Positions 57,975 to 64,000 of a stretch of 64,000 nt of DNA are shown here, one piece after another (position 1 is the first letter of the stretch; the number at the start of each line of letters is the position of its first letter). This DNA is from Eledone cirrhosa. Its lineage: Eukaryota. The DNA lies in NCBI GenBank assembly GCA_964016885.1, contig OZ024741.1, positions 52,762,001-52,826,000 of the forward strand, in the 5' to 3' direction. Below the pieces are notes generated by a model. That model saw only the letters and a program-made list of their open reading frames with translations. It had not been told where the DNA came from and did no database searches. Position numbers and translations under genes: made by a program.

Positions 57975-58799
57975 GAAGGTTATTTGATATACAGGATATC
58001 TTAATGAAAAATTATCAAAATTATCAGTCAGATAATAGAATAACTTTTACACAGTTAGGTATGGGTTAGGCAACAGACGTATTCCCTTATCTTATTACAT
58101 TACTTCATACTTTAAAAGAAGCCATTTGATGTAACCAAATTTCTTCGGTATTGTCTGTTTTATATATTAGATATATTAAAATGGCCAATACTATCTTATC
58201 GGTGGAAACTACGGTAATGGTTGGATTAACGTTGAAACAGGCTTATTTTAGTTTGCTTTATTAGGAATCTACCTATATATAACTTTGTAAAAGTTATATA
58301 TATATAAAAAATACACATTGAGAAAAAAATCACAATAGTCCCTCATAATCAAATAAGCTCAATGAAAATAATTTTCGATCCCTATAACACAGTAACACAG
58401 TAGACGAACACAGATATATAGTTATATGCGTTCAAACAAGTGACAGCAACCGCCAGGGTGAACAAAATATTGACTAAAATAGGATGGTTCACAGAACTCA
58501 ATTAAAAGGATAAATCGAGATATACCAACCTACTATGACAACTATCAAGTATGCAGACAGCCTACGGGTAGAACTGTTTCGCAAATCAGTGAAGAGAATT
58601 ACTGGTTCGATGCTTTTCAATAGATACTCGCGACCAGTGATCTCCTCACTACTAAATTTCTTAGAAGAGTAATTAACGCACATGAGTTCAGAGTGAAATC
58701 ACATACCATTTTAGTCAGTATTTTCTTCACTCTGGCGGTATTTGTCCCTTGTAGTTTGAACGCATATAGTTATATATGTGTTCGTCTCTCTTTACTGTG

Positions 58800-58879
<80 letters not shown>

Positions 58880-58888
58880 TATTACAAG

Positions 58889-59002
58889 AGTGACATAAAC
58901 AGGTACTCAAGTTTCGTTGGCCCCAGTTCATTTTTTTTTCATGATAGGCTGACTGAATTGGGGCCTAGAACCCAACGAAACGTGCGTACCTGTTTATGTC
59001 AC
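58889..59002. repeat. Fold-back containing a variant HHR (58944-58993, +)
   Basis: GTGACATAAACAGGTAC...GTACCTGTTTATGTCAC arms; ATAGG-CTGACTGA-ATTGGG..CCCAAC-GAAAC-GTGC-GTA-CCTGT. Confidence 0.65.
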
Positions 59003-59082
59003 TGTTGTAGCTATCTATACTAAACTCGTCCTATGGTCTGAGTGCTCTTACTCTTGGATATTTCCACTTAACTTTTACTTCA

Positions 59083-59148
<66 letters not shown>

Positions 59149-59365
59149 TAAAGTTTAAGCAAAGAATATATATATATTGGCAAGAAGTAAACGAAAGCAA
59201 CAGTATATACACTAAGTTCAATGAATAACACTTGATATACTAGGAAACGAGTGGGTACGTTTCCGACTCTAGTCTTTCAATGAGAGATAAAATATGAAAT
59301 AGAAAGAATGAGAAGAACGAATTAAAAAACAATATTTTTTGAAAAAATACGCGCGTTCATGTGTT

Positions 59366-59429
<64 letters not shown>

Positions 59430-59441
59430 CAATATATATAT

Positions 59442-59537
<96 letters not shown>

Positions 59538-59969
59538 ATATATATATTGTATGTCTACGCCATTTTTTATTCAGTCTGTCTATATATTTAGACTAAATAT
59601 ATAGAGAGACTGAATAAAAAATGGCGTAGACATACAACACAACAGGAGGAAAAAATATAACACCACTGACGATGTTGCAGATGTGCAACGAAAGATTTAT
59701 GTAAATTATGTAAACTATATATATGTGTTTGTGTCTATATTGTATCTGTATTATTTTTGACCGTCGGTCAGTCAATGGTAACATTGAGGACCGAGTAAGT
59801 TAGATCGCAGATATAAAAGACAGCGAGAAGCGAAAACCAACCAAACAGTGAGTGTGTTCTGTTATTAATTCTGGCAATATTACACAAATATGACCCTCCC
59901 CAAGTATAACAATATTTGTTTCGGCACACAATTTCATATAAAAAACCTCTCTAAACTAATTCATCGCCG

Positions 59970-60035
<66 letters not shown>

Positions 60036-60340
60036 TTCTGCCAACTCGTTTTCAAGTACGGCAACTACTTTATATCCAACATGTAGGAGAACCCCTACCG
60101 ATGCGCTGAACAGGTGTGACTTTTTAGTCCAGCCAACGACTTGAAAACTCTGGTACAAACACTACACTTGTGACAATTATTGACACATAGTGCTGGGCCC
60201 ATCGAACCATGTGATGACAAGTGCAGAGAGATCTCCAGATATAAAGCAATGCCTGTACCGTGAAGCTTTTATAGTGAGCAAAGGCACTGCACAAATCCAG
60301 TCTCTCTTAACCATGTATATGTATATACATATATGTATAT

Positions 60341-60406
<66 letters not shown>

Positions 60407-60803
60407 TCTGAATTTGTTTAGCAAGATTCTTTATCTGAAATCGTGTGTTGAAATATGTATATGAACATATATATATATTCATATACATGGTTAAGAGAGT
60501 GGGACTGGCTTTGTGCAGTGCCTTTGCTCACTATAAAAGTTTCATATATATATATATATATATATATATTTAGAAACACACAGATACATGCGGACACACA
60601 CATATATACATGAATGCATCCGCACCCAACTGCGAGTTAAGGGTGCCAACTTCACCGATGTTGCTCAATGAATGACTGGGACAGACCAATTCAGTTTGAA
60701 CCAGACTGAACCAGTATCAGAGTTAAAAATACATTATGAAGAGAGAAGAAACATTTAGATATAATTAGTAATAAAATGTATCATACCTAAACTGTTCCTA
60801 AAT

Positions 60804-60891
60804 TCCTCGACTACGTAGTTTCGTGGCATAAACAAAAACAATACATCAAAGATATAGAGTCCTTGCGAGGTCTGCCGACTTATCAAGAGGA
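60804..60891 (-). ncRNA. Type I hammerhead with U3-A8 core
   Basis: Same fold as 48518-48607 with a 2-nt shorter loop II. Confidence 0.82.
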
Positions 60892-61394
60892 TACCTCATT
60901 TTACTAGTCTCGAGAACGCGTCTACACGACGTGAGAAAGAATCCCAAAAGGCGGAGGGGGAGACAGTCACGCGATATAACGGTCGAGAAACAGAGCTAAG
61001 CCTCTTATAACCACGAAGAAAATACCACAGAGGCGGAGGGGGTATTCATATCGAGGCCGTAGAAGAGGTAGTGAAGAAGGCGAGAAGTATGAGTAATGGA
61101 AGCTTTCCAGTTGTCCCCACACTTCAAAGATTGCTCGACCAGAGGGAGTTATTAATATATTTAGAAACACACAGATACATGCGGACACACACATATATAC
61201 ATGAATGCATCCGCACCCAACTGCGAGTTAAGGGTGCCAACTTCACCGATGTTGCTCAATGAATGACTGGGACAGACCAATTCAGTTTGAACCAGACTGA
61301 ACCAGTATCAGAGTTAAAAATACATTATGAAGAGAGAAGAAACATTTAGATATAATTAGTAATAAAATGTATCATACCTAAACTGTTCCTAAAT

Positions 61395-61482
61395 TCCTCG
61401 ACTACGTAGTTTCGTGGCATAAACAAAAACAATACATCAAAGATATAGAGTCCTTGCGAGGTCTGCCGACTTATCAAGAGGA
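61395..61482 (-). ncRNA. Type I hammerhead with U3-A8 core (second tandem copy)
   Basis: Same motif 591 bp from the first. Confidence 0.82.
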
Positions 61483-62392
61483 TACCTCATTTTACTAGTC
61501 TCGAGAACGCGTCTACACGACGTGAGAAAGAATCCCAAAAGGCGGAGGGGGAGACAGTCACGCGATATAACGGTCGAGAAACAGAGCTAAGCCTCTTATA
61601 ACCACGAAGAAAATACCACAGAGGCGGAGGGGGTATTCATATCGAGGCCGTAGAAGAGGTAGTGAAGAAGGCGAGAAGTATGAGTAATGGAAGCTTTCCA
61701 GTTGTCCCCACACTTCAAAGATTGCTCGACCAGAGGGAGTTATTAATATATTTAGAAACACACAGATACATGCGGACACACACATATATACATGAATGCA
61801 TCCGCACCCAACTGGTCTTTATGTGTACATATATTAACATTGTCTTTCATCTTTCTGTGCATTCATAACAATATTAAAAAGTTTAACTTTCTTTTCGCTC
61901 GTTCACCTTTTTTTTCTCGAAAGAAGTCGTTTGCGACAAAAACTTTAATTGTCCAAATCACACCCCATGACACAACAGTGCGCCTGTGTTCTACCAAGAA
62001 TTGAGGACCCATAGAAGATAGTAGTTAATATGTTTGATGCAGGATGCCTGAATGGTTTAGAATCTTGCTTCATGATTATGAAGTCCCGGGATCGATCCTA
62101 CTCTATGTCATCGCAGGAGTGTCATTTACCATTGAAATTGCTTAGATAGAAACTGTTTGGAAACCTGTCGGATGGACTGCATCGGTAATTCGAAGGCTAC
62201 CTATTTTGATTACATGTACAACTCATTTCTTTCTCAGCTATGTGTACTGGTGCAACGTGAAATAAATTGTCTTGCTCAAGGACGTAACTTCCCGGAGGAA
62301 ATCAAAATAACGATAACAAGAATGAAACAGGTCTAGTCAGTTTTATACAAGTCATTTCGATATGAAACAAATTTCTACCTTCTCTAGTAATG

Positions 62393-62490
<98 letters not shown>

Positions 62491-62973
62491 TATATATATG
62501 AGTGTGTGTGTCTGTGAGTGCATACTTTACTGACTCTTTCCACCTACTCGTTTATTTGCTCTCTAAATTCTTACCTCACTCCATTCCTTCCATTAAATGA
62601 AGAATTGTTTTATTGATTCTTTTATTCGTGCATTTCTATGTAAAACCTTCTAAAATCTCCCAGTATAGTGTTGTGAGTGCTTATATGTATGCAGTATTCA
62701 TACACATAATACCTACACATTATCTCTGGTTATCAACCCATATAATCCACTTTACCCATTTTTAAACCCTTATATTTTACTTGATCTTATTTGATCCTAT
62801 TTACTAATTTATTTAACTCATTTGCTCATTTACTTCTAACCCACTTTTTATTGTTAATTATTCACTTAAAAATACTCCTTCAACCTATAAGCACCGTCTA
62901 TAAATAGCCTTACCCCAAAACCCCCACATCCTTCTACCCCTTATTCCTACCAGCATTATGTCCCTTTCCTTAT

Positions 62974-63046
62974 GCGGTCGATAAAATAAAGTACCAGTAA
63001 TACACTGGGATAATTGCTGGCCTTGTGCCAAAAGTAGAAACAATTA
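62974..63046 (+). mobile_element. SINE family A 3' fragment
   Basis: GGTCGATAAAATAAAGTACCAGTAATACACTGGG..GCCTTGTGCCAAAAGTAGAAACAAT. Confidence 0.7.
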
Positions 63047-64000
63047 TGTCCCTTCTCCTCCTAATCCACTCTTACCCACTAACGACTCATACCCTCACCC
63101 ACGCTACTTCTTTTCCTGACCCCTTGCCTGTCCAAATACATTTACCATTGTCTGGCTACCCTCTTTCTCCGCCAGACCAGTTTACTACCATGAACAATTC
63201 AACCAAAGCACTATGAAGTCCAGTGATCTATATTTTCACACTCTAAAAATATAACTACACCATTGACAAGGCTTGCTGAACACACAAGTCGAAAGCGCTT
63301 GGAACCGCGGTTGGGATTTTACATATCTCTCTCTATATATGTTTGTAACCACACAGCCATGCGCCTTCACGAGCTTGTAAAGAGTGTTAATTAAGTACCC
63401 TTGATGGTTTTCTATTGAATGGTTTTAGTGTCCGCTTTCGTATGTATTCTACATTTGCGGAGTTATTCCATTTTCCGTTAACAAACACAAGAACAACAAC
63501 AAGAACGACGGTGACCCATGTGTATTATCATCTGAATGGTGATATACTATGAGACATAAAAGATAAGTACTGTTATCATAATGGTAATTATAAAATATTA
63601 AGGTGAAAATTATATTATATTAATTACGAAACTTAAGAGATAAGAAATGCTAATTCGGTAATATGAATAATTTTTAATATCATATTAAATATAATATTAA
63701 AAATATTGAACGCATTAACATTGAGGTCGATAGGGAAAGTGTGGAAAAAATTGTTGGTACTAAATTTTGAAATGCATGTGTGACTAGTTTAGCGAAGAGA
63801 TATAATCAATATATATATTAATAATAAATATTCAATATTATACAGAAACTACGCAATATGAGAGCTACAGCTTGATAAAGTTTGTTTCCGCCATACTAGA
63901 AATGAGTGTGGGTCAATGGTTGTTTAACGGATCATAAGAGTCAAGAATTATGGATGATATCTAGTATAGGCGTTTATATTAGGGTTGGCTTTGATTATCT

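Larger units (their letters stand above)
60565..61814 (-). mobile_element. Retrozyme-like 591-bp head-to-tail tandem repeat (2.1 units)
   Basis: Units appear identical at period 591 (duplicate ORFs 60967/61558); one U3-A8 HHR per unit. Confidence 0.88.

Noticed and set aside
60565-61814. CRISPR array or pure assembly duplication
   Set aside because: No short repeat-spacer pattern; a diverged, independently tandem copy at 48 kb shows the tandem form is biological, though the exact copy number here could still be an assembly effect

Overview
This is AT-rich eukaryotic intergenic or intronic DNA with no recognisable host gene. The (TA)n/(CA)n/(GA)n load and SINE types suggest an invertebrate, possibly a cephalopod such as Octopus (inference). 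Nearly all non-microsatellite sequence is mobile DNA: a near full-length Tx1/L1-clade LINE in a head-to-tail array at (TATC)n, decayed Penelope-like retroelements (PLEs) of at least three lineages, a Tc1 transposon relic, an RTE 3' fragment, two tRNA-derived SINE families and a non-autonomous Helitron. The main hidden signal is RNA. By eye I find about 30 type I hammerhead ribozyme (HHR) folds from many unrelated sequence families, including recurrent core variants (U3-A8, CAGAAGA, 8-nt CUGANUGA). Several lie in non-coding 470-590 bp tandem units with one HHR per unit, inserted in (TA)n, some with a Penelope-style inverted 5' piece. These are candidate large retrozymes (circular-RNA retroelements) carried by Penelope machinery. 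All folds were read by hand and none is tested. Element boundaries are approximate.
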